Source: Clostridia bacterium (lineage in GTDB: Bacteria; Bacillota; Clostridia; RUG12999). From it: a DNA stretch of 64,000 nt. The stretch spans positions 25,049-89,048 of the forward strand of contig JAFTSG010000010.1 in NCBI GenBank assembly GCA_017467445.1, written 5' to 3'. Shown one piece after another: positions 18,688 to 29,031 of the stretch. Position 1 is the stretch's first letter. The number at the start of each line of letters is the position of its first letter. Under the pieces are notes generated by a model that saw nothing but the letters and a program-made list of their open reading frames with translations, was not told the DNA's origin and did no database searches. A program made the translations under genes and the position numbers.

Positions 18688-21600
18688 ATGGCAATGAACA
18701 AAAAAAGGATTCTGGCCCTTGTTTTATCTTTAGCAATGCTTTTTAACATCTGTTATTTTTCCGCATATGCTGAAGAAACAACAGAACCTGATATGACCTC
18801 TGCTGTCGTAAATGTTACTGCTTCAAATGCGCAGGACGTTTTAGATGGTAAATATGGTGATATTACAGGTAAAACCATTAACTTCACTGAGGACATCGCT
18901 GAGGTTCTTGACCTTGCTCGTACTACTAAATATGCGGGCAGCGGAACACAGTACCATGCATACAATGGCGATGGTACGCATGCTGAAGAAATGGTTCCAA
19001 TCACAGATGATACGGAAATATCGGCAATTAAGGCTGGATCAAAGTATTATCGTACACTGACAGACGTCACATTCACAGCAGATGAAGGTGTAACAGTTGC
19101 TGGTTTTGTGTTCTCTGCAGGTCATGTATATGCAAATGAAAAAACAGGTCCTGTCTATGACTATGTCAAAGAGGTGTGGACAGAGGTAGGTAGTGCATAT
19201 TACGACTATCGTTCACTTGACGGACTCACTTTTAGAGGCTTGACTGTTACAGGACAGGTTGATGCAAAACTGTATATCGAAGGCAGTACAGTTAAAAACA
19301 TTGTTTTCGACGGTTGTACCTTCACAGGAACAACAGATGATGGAGCCAATGCTGCTATCAAATTCCTGGCAGACAGTCAGTATTTTACAGATATAAAAGT
19401 TGAAAATTGTAATATTGACGGATATTATCAGGGCATATATATTCAAGGCGTTGACGGTGCGGAAGTTTCAAACAACAATATTTCCAACACCGAACACAAT
19501 GCAATTGCCCTGCAAAGCCATTCAAATCCGGCAAAAGGAGCTATTGCAGTTAAAGAAAATTATATTTCGGATGTTACTAACAGAGCTATCCGTTTTGGTG
19601 ACGTTGGCAATGCCGACATTGCAATCAACAATAATATAATGGTTGATTGCGGAAACAGTAATGGTGAGCTTATTGCAGCTGTTTCTGTTGACGGTAGCGC
19701 TACGGTTAATCTGGAATCAAACTATTGGGATGGCAAAGATGTTTCAACAGCCGTTTCCAGTTTTAATGTTCCGACAACTGTTGGTATCACAGGCGGAACA
19801 TGGGATATTCCTGTTGCTGATTATGTTGCAGACGGATATCAGCTTGAAGAGGACGGCAGTGTTGTAGAAACCCCTGCTGAAAAACCTGTTGCAACTGTTG
19901 ACGGTGTTAAATATACTGATTTACAGGCTGCAATCAACGCTGCACAGAGCGGCGATACAGTTGAGATTTATGCAGGCGAATATGACCCGATTAACATCAG
20001 CAATAAGAATATCACAATTAAAGGTACTGTAGGCGATAACGGTGAATTACTCACTACAATCAAGGGTGGCGATCCAGCAATTACAGGTCACTCCTTTAAC
20101 GGCACAATTAAAGATATTAAAATAATTGATGCATGGAAGGTTATGTATGCAGAACCTGCAGGAAACGTAACTGTCGATAATGTTTATGTAACTGGTGCTA
20201 CCTACGGATTCCACCTCGTTGCTTATACCACTGGTATTACATGGACAATTCAGAACAGCTATATGGATTTGAGATGGGCGAACTCCTTTGGCGTATATGG
20301 CGGTTATGCTGACATTATCGTCAAAGGCAACGAATTTGCTTCTACAAATCCGTACTATCCTGATTATGGCGCACTTGCTGTAAATACATTCTCGCCAAAT
20401 GTTACTGTTGAAGAAAATATTTTCCGTAAAAATGCAAGAATTTACATTGATGATTCGGTAACAGACACTTCCAACATCAATGTTTCTAAGAACTATCACG
20501 CTGACGGTGTTGATAAGGCATTTGCAGTCGATGAAGATGGTGGCAAAACAGTTGACATTTATCAGTATTATACTGAAATTGATGAAAACGGCAACCTTTC
20601 CGGTCTTGTGGAAATTCCTGCTACTCCTGCAGCTCCGGTTGCAAAAATCGGCGAAAATACATATACATCACTTGCAGATGCTCTTGCAGCAGCAGTGAAC
20701 GGCGATACAATTATAGTTATTGACGATATTGTTCTTACTGAAACAGTAACAATAGCAGCAGATGATGTTATTACACTTGACCTTAACGGCAAAACTGTTT
20801 CTATGAGCGATTCCTCAAGCAAGGGCGTATACGCTATTACAAATAAAGGTAACCTTACTATTAAGGATTCTTCAGAAGAAGAAACAGGAAAAATTACTTT
20901 TGTATCCAGCACTCCAAGTTCCGTCAATTCATATTCAACAAGCACTATAGGAAATGCGGGACACCTTGTTGTTGAAAGCGGTACAATTGAAAATACTACA
21001 GAAAGTGGCGCAAGCTACGCAATAGATACTGTATGGTATACAGAAGATGTTTCACTTACAATAGCAGGTGGAACAATCGAGTCGAAAAAAGTTGCTATTC
21101 GTCAGGTATTGTATTCCGCTACTGCTCAGAACACACTGAATATTAGTGACGGTACTATTATCGGCGGTACTGCAGCGGCACAAACACATAACTTCCAGTC
21201 TGATGCATGTCTGGCAGACGTAAACATTACGGGTGGTACACTTAAAGGTACATATGCTTATTATACTTCTTATTCGTATAATAACACTCACTCCGGCACA
21301 GACATTGAGATTACAGACGGAACATTCGATGGTGCTGTCTATATCTTTAACAGCCAAGCAGGAAGTGATGCTGCAGAGTTTGCAAATATTTCTGTAGCCG
21401 GCGGTAAATTTAATGGCTATGTCTTAATCTACACTAAAGATGCTGATGGTGCAGAAGTTGCAATTCCTGCTATCAGCGGCGGTACATTTGCAACAGATGT
21501 AACTGATTATCTTGCAGACGGATATGCTCTTACAGAAAATGCAGACGGTACATTTGGCGTTGCAGAATATGTTCCTCCGGTTGCAAAAATCGGCGAAACT

Positions 21601-24600
21601 GAATATGCGACTATTGCAGATGCTCTTGCAGCAGCAACAGCAGGTGCCGAGATTGTTCTTTTGGCGGACGTAGAAGGTGGCATCAACGTTCCTGCAGATG
21701 TTACATTCAACGGTAACGGATTTGCTGTAAAAGGCACGTTTTATGCTTTAGGTGATATTACTTTTGCAGGTCATACTAAAATTGCCAAGTTTGATTTTGA
21801 AAATGTCGGCACAGAAATCAATATCGGTGTAGGTGCTTGTCTTGAAGTTACAGGCACAGGCAGAATGGTTATCGGTCATGGCTGCACATTTAATATTGAA
21901 GGCAACATCACCGATGCTAAAACTGCAAACGTTGCAGAGCTCACTCCTTCACTTATTATGCCGGGTGCATCCTTTACCGGTGCAGGCGTGAGATTCAATG
22001 TGAAGAACGCTTATATCAAGACTACTGCACAATATTGCAGCAGCAGTAAATCGGCAAGCGGAACATTTGATTTCAATATCGAAAACAGTATCTGGGAACA
22101 GTTCGGCAAACTTGCGATTGAGTCACAGTCCACTGCTGCAACTGTCAACTTCGATTTGAAGGATAGTGTACTTACCACTACAAGCCATCTTGTGTTTGGG
22201 GTATCCAGGGGTGAGATCGTTATTGATAACTCCAATGTTAATGTTGGTACATCCAGACAGATCGAAAACCAGAGCACAATGATAATCAAGAATGGCTCTG
22301 TTGTAAACGGCGCTGTTGCTACAAGCTCCAATGCTAAGAACCCCGGTACTATCATCGTTGAAGATGCAACATATGCTGTTACCGGTGAATTCTCTGGCTC
22401 CGATCTTGGAATAGGTACTATCATCCTTAATAAGGATGCAAACTTCACTGCAGGCAGTATCACCAAGGCTAATATTACTATCGACGCAGCAGGTCTTACT
22501 GCCGGCCAAATCGATATGATAACTGCTGACCTTTCAAAGTTTGCAGGCGAAATCAGCGTAATCAACAACACACTTGGTGCCAAGATTGAAAATGGCAAGA
22601 TAGTTCTTGTTGTTAAACCCGTTGCAAAAATTGGCGAAACTACATACACATCACTTCAGGCAGCTCTTGATGCGGCAGCAGCAGGAACAGGAAATGTTAC
22701 TGTTGATATTATAAGTGATATTGACTTAACCGGTGTAGATTGGAATCCTGTAGTTGTAAGCGGACCGGGATATCCGATGTTAACTGTTAACGGTAATAAG
22801 CACGTTATAACAGGTCTTAACGATATGCTTTTCGCATCAACATGGGCAGGAAAATCCGGATTAGTTATTAACGAATTAACAATCAAAGATTCGAACATTG
22901 AACATGACGTAGATGATACTAAAGGCAATATTGGTGTTGGTGCATTTATCGGTTATCCTCAGGCAAGTGCTGTAATTACTTTGAATGACTGTCATTTAGT
23001 TGATTCAACAGTAAACGGTGGTCACTGGACAGGTGGACTTATCGGTATGGCAGGCGGATATAACGGTAATGACGGCCCTGTATTTATGAATCTTACAATT
23101 ACAAACTGTTCTGTTACAGGTTCTACTGTTACAGGTAAAGGCAGCGCAGGTGGCGTAATAGGTCACGGAAGCTGTGCTGCATGGACAAATGTAGTAATTG
23201 AAAACACAACAGTAAGCGGCAACACTATTACTTCTACAGGCTCTTCAACAAACAAAGCAGGGGCCGTTATGGGTACTATAGGTGCTGCAGGACAGGAAAC
23301 AACTGCTAACGGTGAAACAAAAACAGGCGGAGCCTCAGTTTCTGCAATTGTTTCCGATAATACAGTTACATCAAACGGAACTGCTATAACAACAATTTAC
23401 GGCAGACAGGGTACAGAAACAGGTAAACTTGTTGTAAGTGGCGGTACATATGAACATTATCCTATTGAAAAGAATGTTTCTTATGCAAATCCGGCAGATG
23501 GATATGTTATTACAGAAAATGACGACGGTACATACGGTGTTGAAGAAGCTCCGTCAGGTACACTTTCATGTGCATATACATCAGCAACAGGATACTGGGG
23601 CGAATGTGGCGGTAATGCAAAAAAAAGCTTTGAAATCAAATTCTATAATGATGATACATATATGGGATATACAAACCTTAACAATGTAGGCGGTATTATA
23701 GACGGAAGCGTATATGTTTCATGGAGCATCAAATTAGATGCAGCATCAAATACAGACCCATATTGGACAATGGCATGGGAAGTTGCACCAACAATTGCAA
23801 TGCAGCCCAACAGAGTTGAACAGTGGGTTGACGGAGTAAAAGTTGCAGAATGTGCAGTTCAGCCTAACTGGTCTGACAGCATATTCCCGGTTGTTGCAGC
23901 TGTTACAGATGCTGACGGCAAAATCTTAAGCTATGTAAATAACAGAGAAAATGCAACTCTTGCAAACGCATTTGCAAACGGCGGAAATATTGTACTTCTT
24001 AAAGATATCACAGGTACACTTAACATTCCGGCAGATGCAAATGTGGTGCTTGACTTAAATGGCAAGACTTTGACAGGAAGCATTTTAGCTCCTAATGCTA
24101 CGCTGACTATCAGCAATGGCTCCATCGTTAATATAGACAGTAGCGTAAGTGCTATTGAAATAAACGCAGGTGAGCTTACTCTTACCGATGTAAATATTGA
24201 CTCTGCACGTCATGCAGTAAGAATTGACGGTGCTGTTACAGCAACAATCAACGGTGGTACTTACAGAAGTGCTATCGGTACAGGTGTCGGTACATATCAT
24301 GCAGTGAACGTATCAGATGCAGCTAATGTAACAGTTGAAGACGGAACTTTCATAGGTCCTAAGGGTACAACTGCTGACAGCGGTGCTGCTGTAAATGCAC
24401 AGGCAGGTGCTACTGTAACAATCAATGATGGTACATTTACAGGTGGTAAGGCTAACACACTGGCTGCTAAAGGTACACTTACCGTTAAGGGCGGCATTTT
24501 TGATCAGGATCCAAATGCGTACCTTGCAGACGGTTACACAGCAATTAAAGAATTGACAAACGGATGTTATGTTGTAGGTGAAACACCTACCGCAACAGTA

Positions 24601-27516
24601 AATAATCTTGGCGCAATGACAATTCCTGCAGGCGACTACTATGTATATGATGGAAACCTTAGTACTGGTAATGTAGATATGCCTCTCAACTTTGTTATGC
24701 AGTTTGTTGCAGACCAGGATGCAGAGGATATGGAAACCAGTCCATATGCTGATTGGTACGCAGATTTTGTAATCACTTTTGAGGGTATCGAAAACGGAAG
24801 CTTTGACTCGACAGGATGCTATCTGGCAGGTTACTACGGAAGTACAGACAGCTGGGATGGTATGTGGGTTAAAATTCCGGTAGAGGGTATTATCAGCAGC
24901 ATAGATGAAGGCACTCGTTATCCGGTTATGATGGGTGTTGGTATGCCTCAGACATATAACTACATCTGCTCCGGCGTACAGGCGTTCTCCTGCGCAATGT
25001 TCATTCCGGAAAATATACTCAAAGATAATCCCAACCTGAAAGTTAATCTTGAACTTAATGTTGTTGATTCTTCTGATGACAGCAAGGCACTTGAGGCTTT
25101 ACAGACAGGTAATAATATTTACAAAGCTTCAGAAACTACATATACTGCAGAAGATTTTGCAAAACCCGTTGCAAAAATAGGCGAAACTACATACACAACA
25201 CTTCAGGCAGCATTTGATGCAGCAGCATCAACAGATACAATAACACTTTTGAGTGACGTTGAAGTAACTGAAGAAATTAAAGTTACAAACAAAAACGTTC
25301 TTAACGGAAACGTAACTTTGGACGGCGCAGGTTATAAAATAACAGCAGGAGCCCTTGATAAAGAAACAACATCAATTCTTTATTTCGGTAAACCTGATTG
25401 GCTTGCTACGGGAGTAACAATTAAAGACTTAACAATCGATGCACAGTCCGCACGTTTTGCAATAATGTTCTACGGCGGTACATCATCAACTCTTGAAAAT
25501 GTTACAATAACAGGTGATTACCTTTACGCAATCAACCTTTACGGAACTCATGGTGCAACAATGAAAGATTGTAACATAGTATCCGTATTTACAAACGGTC
25601 AGGACGATAATCCGCTTACACTTATCAATACAGATATTGATAAACTCTATGCAAATAAATCTGATGTGGCAGAAGATAAAACAACAGTATTTATCGATAC
25701 TGATTCTACAGTTAATGAACTTACATTCTGGGGAACAAGCACACAGATGATAGAAAGTCTTGACAATGTTGTAATTGTAAAAGATTCAAACGGAAATTCA
25801 CCGGTAGTGGCAATTGGTGCGGTTCAGTACACAACACTTCAGGCGGCGGTTGACGCAGCAGTAAATGGTGATACAATCGAATTGTTGTCAGATATTGAAA
25901 TGACAGATTCTGTTGTAATTTCAGACAAGACTTTAACACTTGACCTTGGCGAACATACAATTTACGATAAGAATACAGATGTTCTTACGTCAACAGATAA
26001 CAAGTGGGGACTTATCGCATTAAAGGACAACTCAAACCTTACTGTTTGTGGCAACGGTACAATAGACTGTAATTATAATGCGGTAACAGCGACCAGTTGG
26101 ACAGGAATGGCGTACTGCTTTGATGTTGATGAAACATCTGAACTTACAGTTAACGGCGGTTTCTTTACTAACGGCAACGGAGGAATTCAGACGGCCGGAA
26201 AAGTTACTGTAAACAATGGTACATTTGTTTCTCACAACGGTGGTACATGTATTATGGCAACCGGTTCGTCTGCTTATGTAACAGTAAACGATGGTATATT
26301 CAAGGATTCTGTTGAGGATGATGATGTTTATACTGGTTCAGGTGCGGTATGGTCCGGCTTTGGTGCAACTGTTAAAATCAGTGGCGGTAGTTATGACTTT
26401 GCAGCAGATCCTGAACACAACAATATTGTATGGACGTTGTTCCCGGCGCAAAACGCAATTTCCGGTTATGGTGAAAATGCAAACATGACAGTAAGCGGCG
26501 GTACATTCGTAAACTTTAACCCTGCAACTGATGCTGTAATTGATTGGTCTAAGTCAACAGGATTTGAATTTGGAAGTGTTGTTGCAGAAGGCTATGAGGT
26601 TACACAAAACGAAGATGGTTCATACGGCGTTGTAGAAGAAACTACAACCGAACTGTTCGGCTTTAAAGAAGTTTCTGCTTCGCTCGACAGTTCACTTGCT
26701 CTTAACCTTTATTTGAATCCATCAGATTTGACAGGAGAAGGTTACTACGCAGTAGTAGAACACACAAAAGCAACAGGTAATGTTGTTACAACAAATATTC
26801 CTTACTCTGAATGGGTAACAACATCAAAAGGTAAAGCTATTAGTTATACAGGCATTGCTGCAAAGGAAATGGTAGATAAAATAAAAGTAACCGTTTATAA
26901 TGCAGACGCTACACAGGCAAGCGAAGCTTATGAAACCAGCCTTAAAGATTATGCAATGGGCATGTTGGATTTATGCAGTAAGAACAGTGCTCTCAGCCAC
27001 TGGTTACCGGTGTTTGTTGATATGTTAAACTATGGTGCAGCAGCTCAGACTATATTTAACTACAATACAAGCAATCTTGCAAATGCAGATGCTGGCGATT
27101 TCCAACAGCATGCAAGCACTACATATGAAATCTCTAACGAAGGCTGCAGTGCATGGGGTGCCCGCACTATTACGCTTACTCTTGAAGATATGATCAAGCT
27201 TAACGTTTACTTTAATAATGTAGAAAAAGGTATGAAAGCAACATATTCGTACACAACACATGGCGGTACTTCAGTAGAAGGAACAGTAGAATATGATTCG
27301 TTTGTGAACGGCGCAGTGCCTGTTGATCTTGCTATTGCAGATGCAGCCACACTCGTAACAGTTACTTTGTTCAACAGTGACGGTACTGAGGCGGGAAAAG
27401 TTGTATATAGCGTAAATGCTTATCTTAAAGGTATGATTGACCTTGGTAAAACCGATGATATTTATCCTGCACTTGCAAAATTTGCGGCATCAGCTAAAGC
27501 ATCCTTTGCAAAATAA
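18688..27516 (+). CDS. giant (2942-aa) secreted multi-module right-handed beta-helix (pectate-lyase-fold) repeat protein; putative adhesin or glycan-binding surface protein
   Basis: It has a Sec signal peptide (MAMNKKRILALVLSLAMLFNICYFSAYA|EE). About eight modules each open with a cap motif (K)PVAKIGETTYTSLQAALDAAxxGDTI.LL followed by PbH1-like coils (for example NNNISNTEHNAIALQS, DLNGKT). One module is a GLUG-like Gly-rich block (TGGLIGMAGGY, GSAGGVIGHGS). No LPXTG, SLH, dockerin or choline-binding repeat was recognised by eye. Confidence 0.85.
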   Translation: MAMNKKRILALVLSLAMLFNICYFSAYAEETTEPDMTSAVVNVTASNAQDVLDGKYGDITGKTINFTEDIAEVLDLARTTKYAGSGTQYHAYNGDGTHAEEMVPITDDTEISAIKAGSKYYRTLTDVTFTADEGVTVAGFVFSAGHVYANEKTGPVYDYVKEVWTEVGSAYYDYRSLDGLTFRGLTVTGQVDAKLYIEGSTVKNIVFDGCTFTGTTDDGANAAIKFLADSQYFTDIKVENCNIDGYYQGIYIQGVDGAEVSNNNISNTEHNAIALQSHSNPAKGAIAVKENYISDVTNRAIRFGDVGNADIAINNNIMVDCGNSNGELIAAVSVDGSATVNLESNYWDGKDVSTAVSSFNVPTTVGITGGTWDIPVADYVADGYQLEEDGSVVETPAEKPVATVDGVKYTDLQAAINAAQSGDTVEIYAGEYDPINISNKNITIKGTVGDNGELLTTIKGGDPAITGHSFNGTIKDIKIIDAWKVMYAEPAGNVTVDNVYVTGATYGFHLVAYTTGITWTIQNSYMDLRWANSFGVYGGYADIIVKGNEFASTNPYYPDYGALAVNTFSPNVTVEENIFRKNARIYIDDSVTDTSNINVSKNYHADGVDKAFAVDEDGGKTVDIYQYYTEIDENGNLSGLVEIPATPAAPVAKIGENTYTSLADALAAAVNGDTIIVIDDIVLTETVTIAADDVITLDLNGKTVSMSDSSSKGVYAITNKGNLTIKDSSEEETGKITFVSSTPSSVNSYSTSTIGNAGHLVVESGTIENTTESGASYAIDTVWYTEDVSLTIAGGTIESKKVAIRQVLYSATAQNTLNISDGTIIGGTAAAQTHNFQSDACLADVNITGGTLKGTYAYYTSYSYNNTHSGTDIEITDGTFDGAVYIFNSQAGSDAAEFANISVAGGKFNGYVLIYTKDADGAEVAIPAISGGTFATDVTDYLADGYALTENADGTFGVAEYVPPVAKIGETEYATIADALAAATAGAEIVLLADVEGGINVPADVTFNGNGFAVKGTFYALGDITFAGHTKIAKFDFENVGTEINIGVGACLEVTGTGRMVIGHGCTFNIEGNITDAKTANVAELTPSLIMPGASFTGAGVRFNVKNAYIKTTAQYCSSSKSASGTFDFNIENSIWEQFGKLAIESQSTAATVNFDLKDSVLTTTSHLVFGVSRGEIVIDNSNVNVGTSRQIENQSTMIIKNGSVVNGAVATSSNAKNPGTIIVEDATYAVTGEFSGSDLGIGTIILNKDANFTAGSITKANITIDAAGLTAGQIDMITADLSKFAGEISVINNTLGAKIENGKIVLVVKPVAKIGETTYTSLQAALDAAAAGTGNVTVDIISDIDLTGVDWNPVVVSGPGYPMLTVNGNKHVITGLNDMLFASTWAGKSGLVINELTIKDSNIEHDVDDTKGNIGVGAFIGYPQASAVITLNDCHLVDSTVNGGHWTGGLIGMAGGYNGNDGPVFMNLTITNCSVTGSTVTGKGSAGGVIGHGSCAAWTNVVIENTTVSGNTITSTGSSTNKAGAVMGTIGAAGQETTANGETKTGGASVSAIVSDNTVTSNGTAITTIYGRQGTETGKLVVSGGTYEHYPIEKNVSYANPADGYVITENDDGTYGVEEAPSGTLSCAYTSATGYWGECGGNAKKSFEIKFYNDDTYMGYTNLNNVGGIIDGSVYVSWSIKLDAASNTDPYWTMAWEVAPTIAMQPNRVEQWVDGVKVAECAVQPNWSDSIFPVVAAVTDADGKILSYVNNRENATLANAFANGGNIVLLKDITGTLNIPADANVVLDLNGKTLTGSILAPNATLTISNGSIVNIDSSVSAIEINAGELTLTDVNIDSARHAVRIDGAVTATINGGTYRSAIGTGVGTYHAVNVSDAANVTVEDGTFIGPKGTTADSGAAVNAQAGATVTINDGTFTGGKANTLAAKGTLTVKGGIFDQDPNAYLADGYTAIKELTNGCYVVGETPTATVNNLGAMTIPAGDYYVYDGNLSTGNVDMPLNFVMQFVADQDAEDMETSPYADWYADFVITFEGIENGSFDSTGCYLAGYYGSTDSWDGMWVKIPVEGIISSIDEGTRYPVMMGVGMPQTYNYICSGVQAFSCAMFIPENILKDNPNLKVNLELNVVDSSDDSKALEALQTGNNIYKASETTYTAEDFAKPVAKIGETTYTTLQAAFDAAASTDTITLLSDVEVTEEIKVTNKNVLNGNVTLDGAGYKITAGALDKETTSILYFGKPDWLATGVTIKDLTIDAQSARFAIMFYGGTSSTLENVTITGDYLYAINLYGTHGATMKDCNIVSVFTNGQDDNPLTLINTDIDKLYANKSDVAEDKTTVFIDTDSTVNELTFWGTSTQMIESLDNVVIVKDSNGNSPVVAIGAVQYTTLQAAVDAAVNGDTIELLSDIEMTDSVVISDKTLTLDLGEHTIYDKNTDVLTSTDNKWGLIALKDNSNLTVCGNGTIDCNYNAVTATSWTGMAYCFDVDETSELTVNGGFFTNGNGGIQTAGKVTVNNGTFVSHNGGTCIMATGSSAYVTVNDGIFKDSVEDDDVYTGSGAVWSGFGATVKISGGSYDFAADPEHNNIVWTLFPAQNAISGYGENANMTVSGGTFVNFNPATDAVIDWSKSTGFEFGSVVAEGYEVTQNEDGSYGVVEETTTELFGFKEVSASLDSSLALNLYLNPSDLTGEGYYAVVEHTKATGNVVTTNIPYSEWVTTSKGKAISYTGIAAKEMVDKIKVTVYNADATQASEAYETSLKDYAMGMLDLCSKNSALSHWLPVFVDMLNYGAAAQTIFNYNTSNLANADAGDFQQHASTTYEISNEGCSAWGARTITLTLEDMIKLNVYFNNVEKGMKATYSYTTHGGTSVEGTVEYDSFVNGAVPVDLAIADAATLVTVTLFNSDGTEAGKVVYSVNAYLKGMIDLGKTDDIYPALAKFAASAKASFAK

Positions 27517-27546
27517 TAAAAAAATACACAGAAAGGGGAATAAATA

Positions 27547-27699
27547 ATGAAATACGAAACACCCAATATGAAAGTTATTAAACTTGATGTAACCGATATC
27601 ATACAGACATCCCTTGGTGAAAATGAACTTCCGGGCTTACCGTTATCTTTAACTCCGGAAAACGTTGAGTCATATTCAGAGTTAGACAATAGTTTTTAA
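27547..27699 (+). CDS. unannotated 50-aa peptide ORF (MKYETPNMKVIKLDVTDIIQTSLGENELPGLPLSLTPENVESYSELDNSF); candidate precursor or leader-type peptide
   Basis: It is absent from the ORF track (<60 aa). A strong RBS (gaaaggggaa) sits 7-8 nt before the ATG, 31 nt after the giant-gene stop. It is followed by a strong terminator. The N-half is K-rich and leader-like; the C-half is acidic and Ser/Thr-rich. Confidence 0.45.
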   Translation: MKYETPNMKVIKLDVTDIIQTSLGENELPGLPLSLTPENVESYSELDNSF

Positions 27700-27711
27700 T
27701 TTGGTATGGAA

Positions 27712-27742
27712 AAACGGGCAGGTAGATAGCCTGCCCGTTTTT
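27712..27742 (+). terminator. Rho-independent terminator closing the giant-gene/peptide transcription unit
   Basis: AAACGGGCAGG-tagatag-CCTGCCCGTTT followed by TT. Confidence 0.7.
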
Positions 27743-27821
27743 ACTCCAATTTTTCCTGAACAAAAATTAAATCTTATGATACAATACACAGAAAAATTTG
27801 CAGATATCGAGGAAAAATAAA

Positions 27822-28271
27822 ATGTTATTATCGTTGTTTTTTAGAGTATTAAGGCTTATGATTACAAGCATACTTTGTTCTTTGCCCATATATCTTGAAT
27901 ACGTGGGAACAATTCCGGATAATGTTATACTATTTTTATCGTTTGTAGCATTTATGGCCGCAACAGGTATTGACGCATGTCGATTTTCCAGTGCTTTTTG
28001 GAAAATACAGGATTATTATTTGGGTCAGCTTTTACCATTAGTTATATATATTATTATGGGCTTTTTAACTTGTTTATTATTTCAGCCTGTTGTGTTCAAC
28101 AGAATATTTCTGCCTTTAAGATTTGCAGGGGGATTTGGAATGAGAACTATTGAATCAATAGTTTATGTTGCAATAACCATTATAATAATAGTAACGATTT
28201 TGAGATTTTTCGGAGCAAGATTAGGTCGTTCAACTCACAATATGTTTGTCAGAGAAAATGAAGATATATAA
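27822..28271 (+). CDS. small 4-TM membrane protein, first gene of a 3-gene operon
   Basis: RBS gaggaaaaataaaATG; four hydrophobic helices. Upstream is an extended -10 promoter (TGaTACAAT, ~27776-27784). The track's start at 27798 lacks an RBS. Confidence 0.5.
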   Translation: MLLSLFFRVLRLMITSILCSLPIYLEYVGTIPDNVILFLSFVAFMAATGIDACRFSSAFWKIQDYYLGQLLPLVIYIIMGFLTCLLFQPVVFNRIFLPLRFAGGFGMRTIESIVYVAITIIIIVTILRFFGARLGRSTHNMFVRENEDI

Positions 28272-28338
28272 CTTGCTGTAAAATTTGCAGCTTTTATATA
28301 TGATGACAGCATCTAAGATTAAGCCAAGGGGTAGTTAT

Positions 28339-29031
28339 ATGTTTGTTATTTGCCTTGCTGAGTTAAATATAGCTATTGAAAATAAATATGATTACATAAA
28401 AGCTATGTGCCGTGATTATATTACGTATAACAAAGCTGATTTTTGCGTATCTGCTTCTGATGAGGAAATACAGGCAGAAGATAAGGGAACCGGCTTTGAC
28501 AGGGGATATCTTGAAAGCCTTGCCATATATCGCAAAATAGCGGAGAAAATACTCGACTACAACGGTTTTTTAATGCACGGAGTTGTCCTTGATGCAGACG
28601 GATGCGGCATTGCATTTTTAGCAAAAAGCGGTGTGGGCAAAAGCACACATACAAACTTATGGAAACAACTTCTGGGAGATAAAATGACCGTTATAAACGG
28701 CGACAAGCCTCTTGTAAGAATAGCAGGCGACACCGTTTTTGCCTATGGAACACCGTGGGCAGGGAAAGAAAATATACATACCAACACCAAAACGATACTC
28801 AAAAAAATATGTTTTATTGAACGTTCGGAAAACAATGAGTGTCTGGAAATTGGAAAAGATGCGGTTTTGGAACGTCTTATAAATCAGATATATATTCCTA
28901 AAAATGGCACAGGGTTATATTTGACATTGGAATACATAAAATTATTAATAGAAAAATGTGATTTCTACTTGATAAAATGTAATACGGAAATCTCAGCAGC
29001 CAAAACAGCTTATGAGGTAATTACTAAATGA
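28339..29031 (+). CDS. stand-alone HPr kinase/phosphorylase C-terminal-domain homolog (P-loop kinase-like)
   Basis: HGVVLDADGCGIAFLAKSGVGKSTHTNLW closely parallels the HprK catalytic P-loop region [26 protein letters not shown] (recalled). The start at 28339 is preferred because of the RBS aaggggtag. There is no N-terminal HprK regulatory domain. Confidence 0.6.
   Translation: MFVICLAELNIAIENKYDYIKAMCRDYITYNKADFCVSASDEEIQAEDKGTGFDRGYLESLAIYRKIAEKILDYNGFLMHGVVLDADGCGIAFLAKSGVGKSTHTNLWKQLLGDKMTVINGDKPLVRIAGDTVFAYGTPWAGKENIHTNTKTILKKICFIERSENNECLEIGKDAVLERLINQIYIPKNGTGLYLTLEYIKLLIEKCDFYLIKCNTEISAAKTAYEVITK

Noticed and set aside
22011-22649. Antisense ORFs inside the giant gene (212 aa at 22011-22649 and many others 60-150 aa)
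   Set aside because: They are completely embedded antisense to a strongly supported CDS. Their low-complexity, Ser/Thr/Ile-rich translations are typical of reverse-frame artefacts in a repetitive gene.
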